DNA of 64,000 nt from Anthoceros angustus (GCA_010909165.1 MU008150.1:62001-126000), one strand, 5' to 3'; shown: positions 12,591-26,131, counted from the stretch's first letter. Program-made: numbers and translations. Notes: a model not told the origin generated them from the letters alone.

Positions 12591-15500
12591 GAAGGAAAAC
12601 CCCGGCTTCCGAGATTCACCCTCTAGTGGCCACATTTATCCCACGTCGCTAAGTACAATGGGTTTAGTCCCATGAGACTCTTGTTTGTCGGTCACCATCA
12701 TCCAAGGCACAAACCACACCTCTTCACACCCCAAGCTCCCTCACAGTGGAGCAACCTCAACTCACTCCACAGGGCAACCACGCCTCACCGTCTTCTCCGT
12801 CAATCCGCTTCGGACCTAGCGACACCCTACGACTATAGGTCCACACCCCGCAGTAGGTCGTAGCTACATGTAGGGACCCCCTACGTTGCAACGCGACTTC
12901 ACCACCCCGCGATCTTCTATTATTCCTTTCCCATCGCCTTCCCACAATTGGCACATCCTCAACCACCAACTCTGACAGCAACCGCGCCACTCCCGCGCTG
13001 CTCCGTCGAATCGCCGCCTCAGGACCTACAACCAACAACAAACAATTGTAGGGCCTACCCCTCCTACCACTTGTAGGAGATCTAGTGCATTGGTGGGCGA
13101 ACGCACCCTCATTCCTACATGGGGAGGAGACACCCTACCCCAACGCACGCAGGGGCGCATCCTACCACCGGTAGGGTCGCATGCACCTGGCAGTGCAGCA
13201 TAGGTTATCTCACCCTAGTTCAAGGCCTCTCCAACTTCCAGGCCCTGGCGCTCCAATTACAACCTAGCGCGCCCACAAAACTCCACATTGGCAGCAGCCA
13301 CGACACCTCCACACTGCTCCGCGAGATCTCCGCTCCTGGACCTACAATGACATCCTACAGTCATAGGTCCCGCCCTATGGCAGTAGGTCCACCGCTTATG
13401 CACATAGGGACCCCCTATGGCGCAGGGCGACTTCTCCACCCCATGATTTTGAGACCTTAGCTCAGCTTCCAGTCTCGATTTGGTGCAGATTTGGGACCCC
13501 TCCCTTAGGCTCTGACTTGGGCCTTCTTCTTACTCCTAATCTCTACTTACTCCTCTACTCAACATTCAGCTCCACATCCTCCTCAACACTCACCTCAACT
13601 CAACTCCTCATCCTCCTAATCTAACCTTACTTCAAGCTGGCCCTAGCTCGCCTTACAGACAACCGGGTCTACCTACAAGCCGCAAGTTCTTCCTTGGGCG
13701 GTTGCTATGAGTTTGCACGGGCAGGAGAACCTCCAGGAGTCTTTCCGTAGTCTACCCTCAAGCCGAGAGTTCCTTGGGCATCGCCATACACCCAAAGCAA
13801 AGCAATTTCACAACCATTCACAAGGAGCAACTGCGAGGCGCCCGCAAGGCAGGCCCTCCGCCAAGCACACCACTACGCAAACTCCCTCTCTACCGGACCT
13901 TTGCATTAGCTTGCGGTAACGAAATTCCTTCACAAGGAGCAAAGGACTCGCGAGTTTGGGGCGCAAGGCGAATATTTTCTTCTCAAAACACGCCTTATAT
14001 AGGGCTCATATATAAGGCCTCCCCTTGGCCACACCTCTCCCCTTACTTTTCCACTACGTTCTTCCTCAACCACTATAAACTAATAGCTGCCTAAAGCCAG
14101 CATTGAAGCTACTACTCCACTTGCTTCCAGCCATCATAACAACCAACATAGAATCCTCCCAAACTCCCTAACATGATAATTTTTGAAGGGGGTGAATAAT
14201 CTCGAAGGGGGTTTTCCGCAAATAATCTCTGAAGGGGGTTTTTGATGGGCCCTAAAACAGCGTTTTGAAGGCATCTGAAAAACAGCTCGAAAAAAGGGTG
14301 TCATCCGGTAAAGTTACTACTTTCCATCCGGCCAATGTTTGTGTCGAATGGTGGTGAAACTCGAACCTAGAACACGATAATTTTGAAGGGGGATATCTTC
14401 TTCGGTCATCACTGACACCCCCTTGTCACGAAGAACACCTTACCTAGAACAGCATATGTGCCCTACTTTGATAATGCACACACCCTTTACGAGGTCATAC
14501 CGGTGATAAAGGCGCACTTTCAAGTGAACACCCTAGAATTGGAGCACGATGGGTGTGGGCCCGTCTAAGCTTTGTAGAATGTTTAGAGGGCTGCCATTTT
14601 ATATGTTTATTACAACGAAAACTTTTACTTTGAAGTGGTGGAACACAATGAAAACAATCACGTACTAGAGGAGTCTCATTTTAATCGTAGTAAGAACATT
14701 GCAACAAACATTTGCTAAAGGAGGGTGGTCATCGGCATCGACAATAGTCATTGAAGAGTGAGGCTGGCGACTCATCCATGCCTTGCATCGACCGAGTCAA
14801 GAACCACCGCCATATTCGGATCACGGTCCATATCGTCGCCTCAAAGTTATCGTTCTCCTCCATTGCTTGCTCGTCTTCAATAGTATCATTCACGGGCCCA
14901 CCATCGGCGGTGTGGTGCGCCACGAACATCTAGGGTTTCTTGACCCTCATCCAAAAGGTCGCCCGATCGTAGTCTTCAACCTTCGGCACTCAATGCAATC
15001 ACTTGGGCTTTAAGGCAATGCCAGCGCCCTTAAAATGAACAAAGTTAGTTGCCCATGCGCCCATGCAAGCATCCTTAATATCAACAAAGTTGAGTTATTA
15101 AAAAGATACGGGTTTTCAACCCAGAACCTATTCATTACTTAACCTTTTTCCCAAACACTAGACCAACAATCCCAAGTTACCAACTTCTTGAGCCTCTACA
15201 TATAAATTTTGTTAAAGACAGCCTATGAGGAGGCGCCGGCGGCGGCGCCATGGGCAAACATGGCGTGTTGGTGAGGCGCCGGCGGCGCCATGGCGTGTGT
15301 GCTAGGGAGGCGAGCAGGCGCACATGGGGAGGTGTGCTAGGGGAGGCGCCATGGCGGTGTGCTAGGGAGGCGCCGGCGGCCGGCGCCATGGCGTGTTGGT
15401 GAGGCGGCGGCGCCATGGCAGTGCTAGGGAGGCGCCGGCCGGCGCGCCATGACCGAGCATCTTGGGGAGGCACCGGCCGGTGGCGCCCTCCCTAGCTCCA

Positions 15501-18500
15501 CCGCGCCGGCAGGTGGTGCTAAGGGAGGCGCCGCCGGCGCCGCCCTGCCCACCGCCCGTAGGCCGCCGGTGGGTGGCATGTGGAGGGAGGCGCGGCGGCC
15601 GGCGCCTCCTGTGAGCTCACCGCCGTGGGGTGGGCAAGCAGGTGGTGCGGGCGGCGCCGGCCGGCCGGCGCCACCCTCCACGCACCACTGTAAACCCCGG
15701 CGGGTGGTGCGCGGATGGCGGCGCCGCGCCTCCAGCCACCCGTGGGGCATACGGCTGGTGGTGCGGCGTGAGGCGCCGGCCGGCCCGGCCTCCACCACCG
15801 ACCTTATGCCCGGCGGGTGGTGCGCGGATGGAGGCGGCCGTGGCGCACCCTCCCTCCGCGTGCCATTGTGGCCTCCACGCACCCCACATGCGTGGCACTT
15901 CCATCGAAAATTCGGTGGGCTAACCTTAGAAGCAACCTTGGAATGAAGGCCAACCTTAGAAGCAAATGCGAAATCGAGCTGACATTTGGTCGGTCAGTGT
16001 AGAGGTACTCCTCGAAACATCTGTCACGGTGGACAAAAGCGATAAGGGATAAGCTCTGTGAGTTGCATGGCTTAATACAACTGCGAGTCAAAGTGCGTGA
16101 AGATAATGATGACAATGGAGGAGAAAATTTGGACCAAGTGATGACGAAGGATTGAACTACGGGAATGAGTGGCGAAATCTCGTTTTTCGGGGTCCCGAGT
16201 TAATGTTGTAAATCAGTTCTTGATATTCTTGTGTTAGGGAAATACCACTGTGGCTTTTGTGGTGTCATAACAAAACCACATTTTCCTCCAAAAGCGAGTT
16301 CTGAGTCCCTTCCGTGAGCGGCCTTCCTCACCGTTCCTACTTTGCATTATTCCGTAGGTTCGAGTTTGTGACCACCATTCGACACAAACATTCTTTGGAT
16401 GGAAAGTAGTAACTTTCTTGGGTGACACCTTTTTGAGTTGTTTTTCGCAATGCCTTCAAAGCAGCTTTAGGGCCCATCAAAACCCCTTCATAGATTATTT
16501 GCGGAAAACCCCTTGAGATTATTCACCCCTTCAAAAATTATCATGTTCTAGGGAATAATGCAAAGTAGGAGCAGTGGAAGGCCGTTCACTGGGAAAAGAC
16601 ATTGTAAACTCGGTTTTGGGAGAAAATGTGGTTTGTTATGACACCACAAAAGCCGGACAGTAGTATTTCTAACGATAATCGACAACACTGTCTTCTAACA
16701 TTTCGGCTTCACTCATCCCGGGTCGTCATGACTGTCCGGACTTCTCCGTTGTCATCACTCTTTAGCGACGCACTTCGAGCGCCACGCAACTGCGGCTTCC
16801 TCCGTCTTTTGTCCACCGCACTCTGATATTCGGAAAACCCCTTGAGATTATTCACCCCTTCAAAAATTATCATGTTCTAGGGAATAATGCAAAGTAGGAG
16901 CAGTGAGGAAGGCCGTTCTATGCGGAAAAGACATTGTAAACTCGGTTTTGGGAGGAAAATGTGGTTTGTTATGACTAAAAGCCAGCAATACCATAACCGG
17001 CTGGCATGTAACTTCTGGGACCGGCAGTTTTCGGTTCAGTTCATCGTTAAGTCATCACTTCTTCGGGCTTCTCTGCATCATCTCTTTAGCGACACTTTGA
17101 CTTCGCGGTGTAACAGCCCGCAGCTCACCGCGACTATCCGTGTATAATCACCGTCGAGCGGATGAGGCGCCGCCCTCTGCCCACCGCCCATGGGCGCGGC
17201 CGGCGCTCACATTGCTTCTAAGGTAACCTTCATTCAAGGTTGCTTCTAAGGTTAGCCTTCATTCAAGGTTGCTTCTAAGGTTAGCCTGAATTTTCGATGG
17301 AAGTGCCGCGTGCGATGCGTGGAAAGGGAACCTGACAAACGCAGCGGAGGAAGGAACTTCCGTGGCCGGCGCCCTCCATGACCAGCGCACCACCCGTCGG
17401 GCGCGCGCTGGTGCAGTGGCGGATAGGGGCGTCCTCCTATCAGCGCACCACCCGTCGATGGGCCTACGGTGGCGGCGTGGAGAGGCGCCCGGCGGCGCCC
17501 TCCTGCACCACTAACCGTATGTCCCTGGTGGCGTGGAGGGAGGCGCCCGGCGGCAGGCGCCCTCCTCCTGCGCACCACCGTCGAGGTTTTCGGGTGGTGC
17601 GGAGGATAACAGCAGCGGCGGCGCGCCCTCCGCGCACCCGCGTAGTACCTACGGGTAGTCTTGGCGGATAGGGAGGCGCCGGCGGCGCCTCCTCTGCCGT
17701 CGATGGGCCTACGGGTGGTGTTTGGCGGCGCCCGGCCGCGCCCTGCGCGCGCACCACCGTTTGCCCACCCTCACGGTGCTTGGCGGCGTGGGGCGCCCTC
17801 CCTCACGCGCCACTCGTCGGTGGGCCTACGGGTGGTGCGGCGGAGGTGGCGGCCCCGGCAGCGCCCTCCCACCATGCCACACTCATGGGCGCGGCCCGGC
17901 CGGCGCCCTCCCTAACACCGCCCATGGGCGCCGGCGCCCTCCCTCACGCGCCACTCGTCGGTGGGCCTACGGTGGCGGCGGCGCCCCCTCAACCGCCATA
18001 CCTTGCCCATAGGCGCCCGGCGGCGCCCTCCCCTGCCCCTACCCATGGGCGCCGGCGGCGCCTCCTCCTCAATCTTTTAAGAAAATGAATATTTAGCGGC
18101 TCAATGAATTTATAACTTGGGACCATTGGTCAAGTGTTTGGTGGAAAGGGTTCAATCTTCCTTTTTCCGCGCTCACATTGCTTGTAAGCGCTCGACTCCA
18201 TTACCTATCCTCCTTTCTGAATTTGCAGCCTTTCCCCTCGAATTTGATGGCCTTTTTCGTCTCTCATCCTTTCTTTACCGCCTCCACCTCCTTGATATTG
18301 CTAATCCCATTTTGGATCCCCCTTACCTCCTCCTTGCCTTTAGGTCCTCCCGCTCGCTGGCTCAATCTTGACCCACAAGCTTCTTTTCTTTGGCTTTCTC
18401 AAGGCCAGCGGCTTAGAAGATTCGAGTTTGAACCTTTTTCGACTCCTTGGCCTCTCCCTCCTCCCAACTCCCCTTTCTCACATCCCCCAACCACTCCATT

Positions 18501-18853
18501 CGCGGGGCCCTTAAATTAAGATACCTTCGCCTCACTGGTCCCCTCTTTCCTTTTCCCCCTCTCACTTCTAGACTCCGCTTTTACAAAGGCGAGGCTCGAG
18601 TTAATCCTCCCTCAGTAAATTTCCTACCACCTTCTACCGGTTCCCCCTTTCCTTCAAACTCCGCACACCATAGGTCAATTTCGTGTTAGCTCCCACCACC
18701 TCCGGATTGAGACCCGTTGGCTCAAGCCTACCCCTCCCAAGGCGATAGGATGCAAGCTTTGCTCCTTGGATCCACGAATCGAATCACACTTCCTCTTTTA
18801 TTGTCACCTATGCGATATTCGGTCTCGTTACTCTCTTCTTTTTGAATGTGCGG
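12300..18853. repeat. Segmental duplicate, copy 2 (partner 1-6192)
   Basis: Same order of host repeat, element A, element B and LINE fragment as in 1-6192. Extra garbled re-run of the B/A junction at ~16826-17260. Confidence 0.9.
14371..16547. mobile_element. Element B, copy 2, nested in A
   Basis: AACACGATAA start, TATCATGTT end, CTAG at 14367-14370 and 16548-16551. Confidence 0.85.
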
Positions 18854-19103
18854 CTTCTCGCTGCTGATTTTCTCTTTCCACATTCCTAGGCTCTGGACTA
18901 TGTCTCTGAGCTTCTTGATCTTGGCGGTCCTTGTTGGACTCCTTGTAGTCTTTGCCTTCTTTTACGCTTCCCTCATACAGTCTGCTTCTCTAGTTCGACG
19001 TGCGTAAGTGTACTCGGTTTTAAACCTCTTTTCTGTTGTACTATCTACATCCCATGATGGTTCTTCCATCCTTAGTGGACATAAATAAAGTTGTTGTTGT
19101 TGT
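18142..19103 (+). mobile_element. 5'-truncated RTEX-like LINE inserted in element A
   Basis: Ends ATAAATAAAG(TTG)n. TSD TGTTTGG at 18135-18141 and 19104-19110. Removing it restores the A/B family sequence. Confidence 0.85.
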
Positions 19104-21803
19104 TGTTTGGGAAAAGGTTTAGTAATGAATAGGTTCGTTCAAAACCCATATCTTTTAATAACTCAACTTTGTTGATTTTAAGGATGCTTGCATGGGCGCA
19201 TGGGCAACTAACTTTGTTCATTTTAAGACGCATTGCCTTAAAGCCCAAGTGGTTGCATTGAGTGCGGAAGGTTGAAGACTACGGCGACCTTTTGGATGAG
19301 GTCGGCAAACCCTAGATCTTTGTGTGGCGATCACAGTGGGTGGGCCCAAGAATGATACTATTGAAGGCGAGCAAGCAATGGAGGAGAACGATAACTTTGA
19401 GGCGGACGATATGGACCGCCTCCGAATATGGCGGTGGTTCTTGACTCGGTTTGGTGCAAGGCATGGATGAGTCGCGGGACTCTTCAATGACTATTGTCGA
19501 TCGATGACCACTTCCTCCTTTAGTAGTTGTTGTTGCAATGTTCTCACGACCAAAAATGAGACTCCCTATGCGATTGTTTTCATTGTGTTCCACCACTTGA
19601 AAGTAAAAGTTTTCGGTTGTAATAAACATATGAAAATAGCAGCCCTCTATGCATTCTACTAAAGCATAAGCGGGCCCACACCCTCATGCTCCAGTTCTCG
19701 AGTGTAGACTTGAAAGTGCATCTTTTATCAAAGGTATGACCTCAGAAAGGGTGTACGCATTATCAAAGTAGGGCAGATATGCTGTTCTAGGAAAGGTGTT
19801 CTTCGTGACAAGGGGGTACTGTCTCGACCGAAGGGGGTTACTATATTCCCCCCCTTCAAAAATTATCATGTTCCCTATTTTAACAATAAACAATAGCTTG
19901 AGCTGCACACCAAAATCCTAAGAGATCTCACTCCAAATCCTAACCAGTCTGTCAGAAATCCTCCACTTGCCACAGCATTAAACTCCACAACGTCGCTCTC
20001 GCATTATTCCACAGCTGACTTCTCCAAGCCACACACTCGACATCATGAAATCTAAAGCTTGCTGGAGAAGAGACCCATGCTCTTCCCGTGGTTTGCACTC
20101 CACCCCTCCACAATTATGGCAAGCCTCCACACACACTGTCCCATGCCCAATATTTCCAGCAACGAGCTCACAATCTGGGATGGACTCCCCTGGATTGAGT
20201 GGTCCATCTCATAGATTTAAAATCATGTTGATCGCATCACGTGGATGGTGGATTGCATCTTAAATCAGATTCAAACACGCTTTAATCGTCTCACATGGAT
20301 GGTGGATTGCATTCTAAATCATTTCCAACACTGTAGTCGCGTTTATGGGCATATGGTTATTTCGCGTCCTACCACATGGGGTTGTTATATTTATTTTGTG
20401 TCCTATCATATGGGATTATTTTATGTGTTATTTCTTATCCTACCACATGAGGTTGTTTGCTATACTACCACAATGATAGATTCTAACCATGAAAGCACTA
20501 TTTCAACAAATTTAATATCTTTATTTTAGACCAATTCGAGTTGTCACAACAATGAAAGCATCTTTGTTGATTTGATGCAATGTTGTCCCATTGCGGATCA
20601 AATATTGATCGACTTGTTTAGATTTACAAACAACATGGCTTCAACTTCAAACACGTCTTTTCTCTAGTTTCTCACCCTCTTTAAGTTCTTTGTTCATAAC
20701 TACATAAGGTCGTACAATTTGTCCATGGTTGCCATATTCTAGGCCTCTCATCCTCTCATAATATCCTTTCACAACGATATGTTTTGTTCATGCAATTTCT
20801 CTATGATTGCCATAGCAACCATGTTCTAGATATGATTATGATAGTGATTATGATAGTACCTCCTCCTTCTTTTCTGTCTTGTATTCGAAGCCTAGTATTG
20901 GGATCTTGTTATCTAAGGTTATATTTTGCAAGATTAACAATTTATAGATCAGGCATCATGCACATCATCAACCGGGCACACATAATATGTGCACAAGATT
21001 GATACATTGGATGACACAAAATCCATATGGTTAATCTAGGCCCATGGTTTGTCGACATCGTAATCTCCTTTGCTCTCAGGTATCTCTCCTTTTCTCTTTT
21101 TTATTATATTCATAATATAAGTCAAAGTAAGAAAATTAAAATTGCCCATCACGAACTTATCTTCTTACTAAATTAGAATTTTAATTAATAATCTTTGTAA
21201 TACATAATAGTAAATGAATTAAATTAGAAATACTATAACAATATTTCAATAAAATTTTGCATCTGAGTGAATTTAGATTATATTAATATGGTCTTGTGGA
21301 TAGATTATAAAATTACTGTCCAAAAAGCAGGCGTTGTAAAGGAGGCGTTAATACGACCCTCGCAGCGGCGTGCGCGGCTAAAGGGCCTGCTCCGACTGCG
21401 AGTGTTCCGTGGAGTCTGAGCAGATAAAGTGCACGTGACATCCGATAGAAGGTGCGCTGTGTGCACTCTGTGCTGATGAGTGCAGCGATAAAAGCCGACG
21501 AAGCAACTGGTCCAGCTAACTTCACCACGGGTGCTTACGATCTGGAGCCGGAGCCCATACATGTGACAAATTCTCCTGCAGTGCAGTGGGAGTCACAATA
21601 CTTCCGTTCTGCAGTTCCACGATGGCGTTGTCCCGAGTCCACAGCGTTGGACGTAAACATTCATGCTATGCTCCACGTCACGGCTGGTTCAGTCTAGGTC
21701 ACTAATGGGGAACGTCACGAACTGGAGCCCGAGCCGTAGTTCAAGCAGCTCACTCAATTCAGACGAACCTTCCTGTGAGCACTCGGATGTCGGTGGGAGG
21801 TGC

Positions 21804-21810
21804 TATATAA
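21804..21810 (+). promoter_or_regulatory. Putative TATA box of the PCC13-62-like gene
   Basis: TATATAA ~200 bp upstream of the ATG at 22007. Confidence 0.45.
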
Positions 21811-22006
21811 TCCAAGGACAGGGCACAGAGAATCCCAGTGATCTGCTTCCGAATCTCAGAACCAGGTGGGTTTTGCTCTGAGAGTCTCTCTCAGTGGCAA
21901 CCATCCAGAGTGAAACCAACTGCGACTGCATTGCAGTGAACACAAAACTGATTGCGATCCGGCACGCTCCGCAGAGGCTCTTGTAAGACTGGAGGAGAGA
22001 GGAGTC

Positions 22007-23242
22007 ATGGCGGCCTCTGGGAGCTCGTGGCTGAAATGGGCGTTTCTGCTCGCTCTCTTGTTCGTTTCGGAAGTAAGTTGTGGTGGTAAAGGGGATGACG
22101 GCGGATCGGGATCCGGAGGAGAGGACGGCCCGGCTTCGAAGGACGACGGTGCCGGTACCCGTAGCAGTGACGAATTTGAGAACGACGCGAAGAATCTGCA
22201 AGTGGCACTGAATTTGGAGTTCCTGGAGGCGGAGTTCTTTTTGTTCTCCGTCTTCGGGTTCGGTCTGGACAAAGTAAACTCCTCGCTCGCGGAAAGAGGG
22301 CCGGCCCCGTACGGTGCACAGAAGGCTAAGCTTGACAGCCTCACTGCGGATCTCATTGCTCAATTCGGATTTCAGGAAGTTGGTCACCTTCGGTATGTAT
22401 TGTTCACCTGCATTGCTGATGCATGCTCCTGGACTCGTCAGAACTGAAGTCTGGTGGTGTCTGACGGGATTGATGCGGCTATGCAGGGAGATCAAGGAGA
22501 CTCTCGGCAAGTGGTACTTCAGCAGACCTCAACTCGATATTAGCAAGAAAGTGTTTGCTACTATCTTTGATAAAGCACTTGGAGAGAAGCTCGAGCCACC
22601 ATTTGATGTCTACGCGAATCCGGTGAATTACTTCCTGGGCGTTTATGTCATCCCCTACGTCGGCCTGACAGGCTATGTGGGAGCAGCTCCGAATCTTCTC
22701 ACCCCAGCCTTCAAACGCGTAAGTATCTCACACACAACGGTACCTGACAGTGGTTTCAATCTCAGCATTGCGAAGAAATCTTTGCGTTTGGAGGAGGTTG
22801 TGTTTAAGAATCTGAAACAGTGCATGAATGTGAACTTGTTCATGAGCAGCGTGTTGCCGGATTGCTTGGAGTTGAGGCTGGGCAAGATGCAGTTACTCGC
22901 CAGTACCTGTACGAACGGAAGGATGACAAGGTTGAGCCATACGATTACACTGTGGCGTATTTCACCGACAAAATCTCAGGTTTGCGCAACAAGTTGTCCG
23001 CGGCTCTTGTGGATGAGGGCTTGACTGTGCCTCCAAAGCTATCGGCTGGAGTAGGGATTGTGAAGACATCACACAAACTTGTTGGCAATATTCTTGCTGG
23101 AGATCAGAACTCCCTTGCTTACGCTCGGACGCCAGCACAAATCTTCAGCACAGTGTACGGCACTGGCGATCCTAGCAAGCCAGGTGGCTTCTACCCTAAG
23201 GGAGCAAAGGGAGCCCTTGCCGAATCATACCTCGAAGATTAG
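22007..23242 (+). CDS. Desiccation-related protein PCC13-62-like (secreted ferritin-like fold), 336 aa, 3 exons: 22007-22392, 22487-22718, 22850-23242
   Basis: Signal peptide and family motifs ALNLEFLEAEFF, FGFQEVGHLR, PYVGLTGYVGA, AGLLGVEAGQDAV and GGFYPKGAKG. GT-AG introns join in frame (1011 nt). Confidence 0.92.
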
Positions 23243-23704
23243 ATCTGCAAGACTAGCGAGCTATCTGCTAGCTTGTATATACATTAAGAGAGTGTGTAGC
23301 TAGGTGAATCTCCACAGATAGTGGAATGAAGTTTGATGTCGGAACTTATGTTGCTCATCTGAGAAATCAAAGAAGTGTTTACCAATATGGTCGATGTGTA
23401 CTTCTTGTCTTTTAAAATGATGGTGTGTACATACTCCCGAAGAAACTCTCTTGCATCGTCCTGTGTTTGGCTGTATTGCTCTTGTTCAAAGTACCGCCCT
23501 TTGAATCTTTCATTGGCAATGTGCATGATCTGTGCAAGCTCGACAGCTTTGAAGAGTGAAGCGGCAAATATCAAATAAAAAAGAGACATCGGGCCGAGTC
23601 TCGAACGTTCAAAATCATGGTGGATGTCTCGTCCCGGAGGACGGGGATTCGTAATGACGTGGCCTTAAGGCCGTACTCTTGGCCTTAATGTAAGGCCATC
23701 GGGT

Positions 23705-24270
23705 AAGGAATCCCAGTGACCTGCCTCCGAGTACTCTTTGCTCCAGATGGGCTTCCCTTCAGAATCCGGATCGAAATTCAACTGCAACAGCACGACTGGC
23801 ATACAAACTTGTGACTGCTACAGAGCACGCTCCGCAAAGGCTCTCCTCGTCAGGAATCTGGCTGTGGCTCCCTATCTTTCGGCTGGAGCAGGGATTGTGA
23901 ACTCGTCAGAATTCCGTGTTGGCAATGCTCTTGCTGGAGATCATAACGCTCTTTCTTATGCTCGGACGCCAGCACAAATCTTCAGCAGACCTCAAGGGAT
24001 GTGTGATCATGAATCAGACCTCAAGATCTTCAAACCTAGCTAGCAATTTGCCTTTGTAGGTAGGTTGCCGGACGAAGTTTAATGTCGGAACTGCTTAAAA
24101 AACAGTTTCGAAAGTTTCTTGGTTCTTGGAACATATGTGTATTTGGAATGGAGTGTCGTTCGATCGACCGTGATCGACGTTGTCCATAATTCGTCAAGCG
24201 AGCTGGCACAGGGGACATCAACAGCTTTGCGAGAGTGAAGCAGCAATCAATTAAAAGAAGAGACTTAAGC
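23705..24270 (+). pseudogene. Internally deleted tandem duplicate of the PCC13-62-like gene
   Basis: A homologue of the 5' UTR (gaatcccagtga..., gcacgctccgca.aggctct) is fused directly to a homologue of late exon 3 (LSAGAGIV...GNALAGDHNALSYARTPAQIFS), followed by 3' UTR homology (gaagtt.gatgtcggaact). Confidence 0.8.
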
Positions 24271-24484
24271 CAAGCCTTCAGGCAACGCAAAGCACTGAAA
24301 CAATTTCAGCGAAGGCAAAAACTATCTTGCACAACGACGCTAAGGTCCCAACACTGTGACGAGTTCAACAAGCTCTCTTGAACGAAGTCACTTATGCACA
24401 CCAAGTCTCCGGATCCGGATGCACGCATTCCACTGCCAACGTCCGATCGCGACCAATGCGCCGGATGGCAAACTCCACCATTGC

Positions 24485-26131
24485 TTACGGCTTATGGTAG
24501 TACTTGGGGACGCACTTGCCCTTGGAGCAGTAATCCCCGGCGCCGCACACGTTGCCGCAAGAGCCGCAGTTGTTGTTGTCGCTGGCGCAGTCCAGGCAGC
24601 TCCCCTTGCAGCACAGCGATCCCTTGGCGCAGGCCTTCCCGCAGGCGCCGCAGTTGTACTCGTCGTCGTAGAAGCTGACGCACTTCCCTCCGCAGCAGGA
24701 CTGGCCAGCCCCGCACTTGTAGCCGCAGCTGCCGCAGTTGTACGCATCGTCGACGAAGCTGACGCACTTGCCGCTGCAGCAGGACTTCCCGGCCCCGCAC
24801 TTGTTCCCGCACGCCCCGCAGTTGTAAGCGTCGCTGAGGTGGAGAGGCACTTCCCGCTGCAGCACGACTGCCCGTCCGCGCACTTGTTGCCGCACGACCC
24901 ACAGTTGTAGACATCGGAAGCGAAGCTCACGCACTTCCGCCGCAGCAGTAAGTCCCGGCAGCGCACTTGTTCCCGCAGGAGCCGCAGTTATAGCTGTCCG
25001 AGCTGGTGGAGATGCACTTCCGCCGCAGCAGGTCTGGCCAGCCGCGCACTTGTTCCCGCACGCCCCGCAGTTGTAAGCATCGCTGGTGGTGGAGATGCAC
25101 TTCCCGCTGCAGCAAGACTGGCCCGCCGCGCACTTGTTGCCGCAGCTCCCGCAGTTGTACACATCAGAAGCGAAGCTGATGCACTTCCCGCAGCAGTAGG
25201 TCCCGGCCGGTGTACCCGCACTTCCCGCAGTTGTAGGAATCCGACACCGTGTCGGCGCACTTCCCGCTGCAGCAGCTCTGCCCGGAGCTGCACTTGTTGC
25301 CACACGCCCCGCAGTTGTACTCATCATCGGCAAAGCTCACGCACTTCCCGCAGCAGTACGTTCCGCCGGGCACTTGTGCCCACACTTCCTGCAGTTGTAA
25401 GAATCCGTCAGCGTCTTGGTGCATTTCCCGCTGCAGCACGACTCCCCAGCACACTTGTTCCCGCACGACCCACAGTTATACACATCAGAAGCAAAGCTAA
25501 TGCACTTCCCTCCACAGCAGTACGTCCCGGCCGGGCACTTGTACCCGCACTTCCCGCAGTTGTAGGAATCCGACACCGTGTTGGTGCACTTCCCGCCGCA
25601 GCAAGACTGGCCAGCAGCGCACTTGTTGCCGCACGACCCACAATTGTACACGTCAGAAGCAAAGCTAATGCACTTCCCTCCACAGCAGTAGGTTCCCGCC
25701 GGGCACTTGTACCCGCACTTCCCGCAGTTGTACGAATCCGACACCGTGTTGGCGCACTTACCGCTGCAGCATGACTCCCCGGCCGCGCATTTGGTTCCGC
25801 ACTTGCCGCAGTTCTTGACGTCGGAGGTGGTGTAGGAGCAGGCGCCGTAGCAGCACTGGGAGCCCTTGGCGCAGGCCTTGTTGCAGGCTCCGCAGTTGTA
25901 GAGGTCCGCCAAGGTGTCGACGCACTTGCCGCTGCAGCAGGTCTGTTTGATCTTGTCGCAGTACTCCGTCACCTTGGGGGTGCAGTAGCCGTAGTGGTGC
26001 CCGCCGCCTACACGGTGGTGCCCTCCTCCGTGATGGTGGCCGCCATTTCCGAATGCGGGTGGGGCGCCGGCCAGCAGGAACAGCGCCAGCACCAGAACCA
26101 GCGCTGGCGGCGCCGCCTTGGAATTCTTCAT
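24485..26131 (-). CDS. STIG1-like secreted Cys-rich repeat protein, copy A (17 repeats; frameshifted as assembled)
   Basis: MKNSKAAPPALVLVLALFLLAGAPPAFG signal, His/Gly linker and 28-aa NCGxCG repeats, nearly identical to 36737-38398. Eight small deletions (18 nt in total) at ~24835-25455 shift the frame; these may be assembly errors or pseudogenisation. Confidence 0.75.

Larger units (their letters stand above)
14170..19872. mobile_element. Complete non-autonomous TIR transposon A, containing nested element B and a LINE
   Basis: TIRs AACATGATAATTTTTGAAGGGGG(T/G)GAATA (~28 bp). TSD CCCT at 14166-14169 and 19873-19876. Its body is the reverse complement of element B. Confidence 0.85.

Noticed and set aside
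20000-21300. AT-rich ORFs and a 54-bp-period duplication at 20238-20321
   Set aside because: No domain similarity or element boundaries; treated as decayed intergenic DNA.
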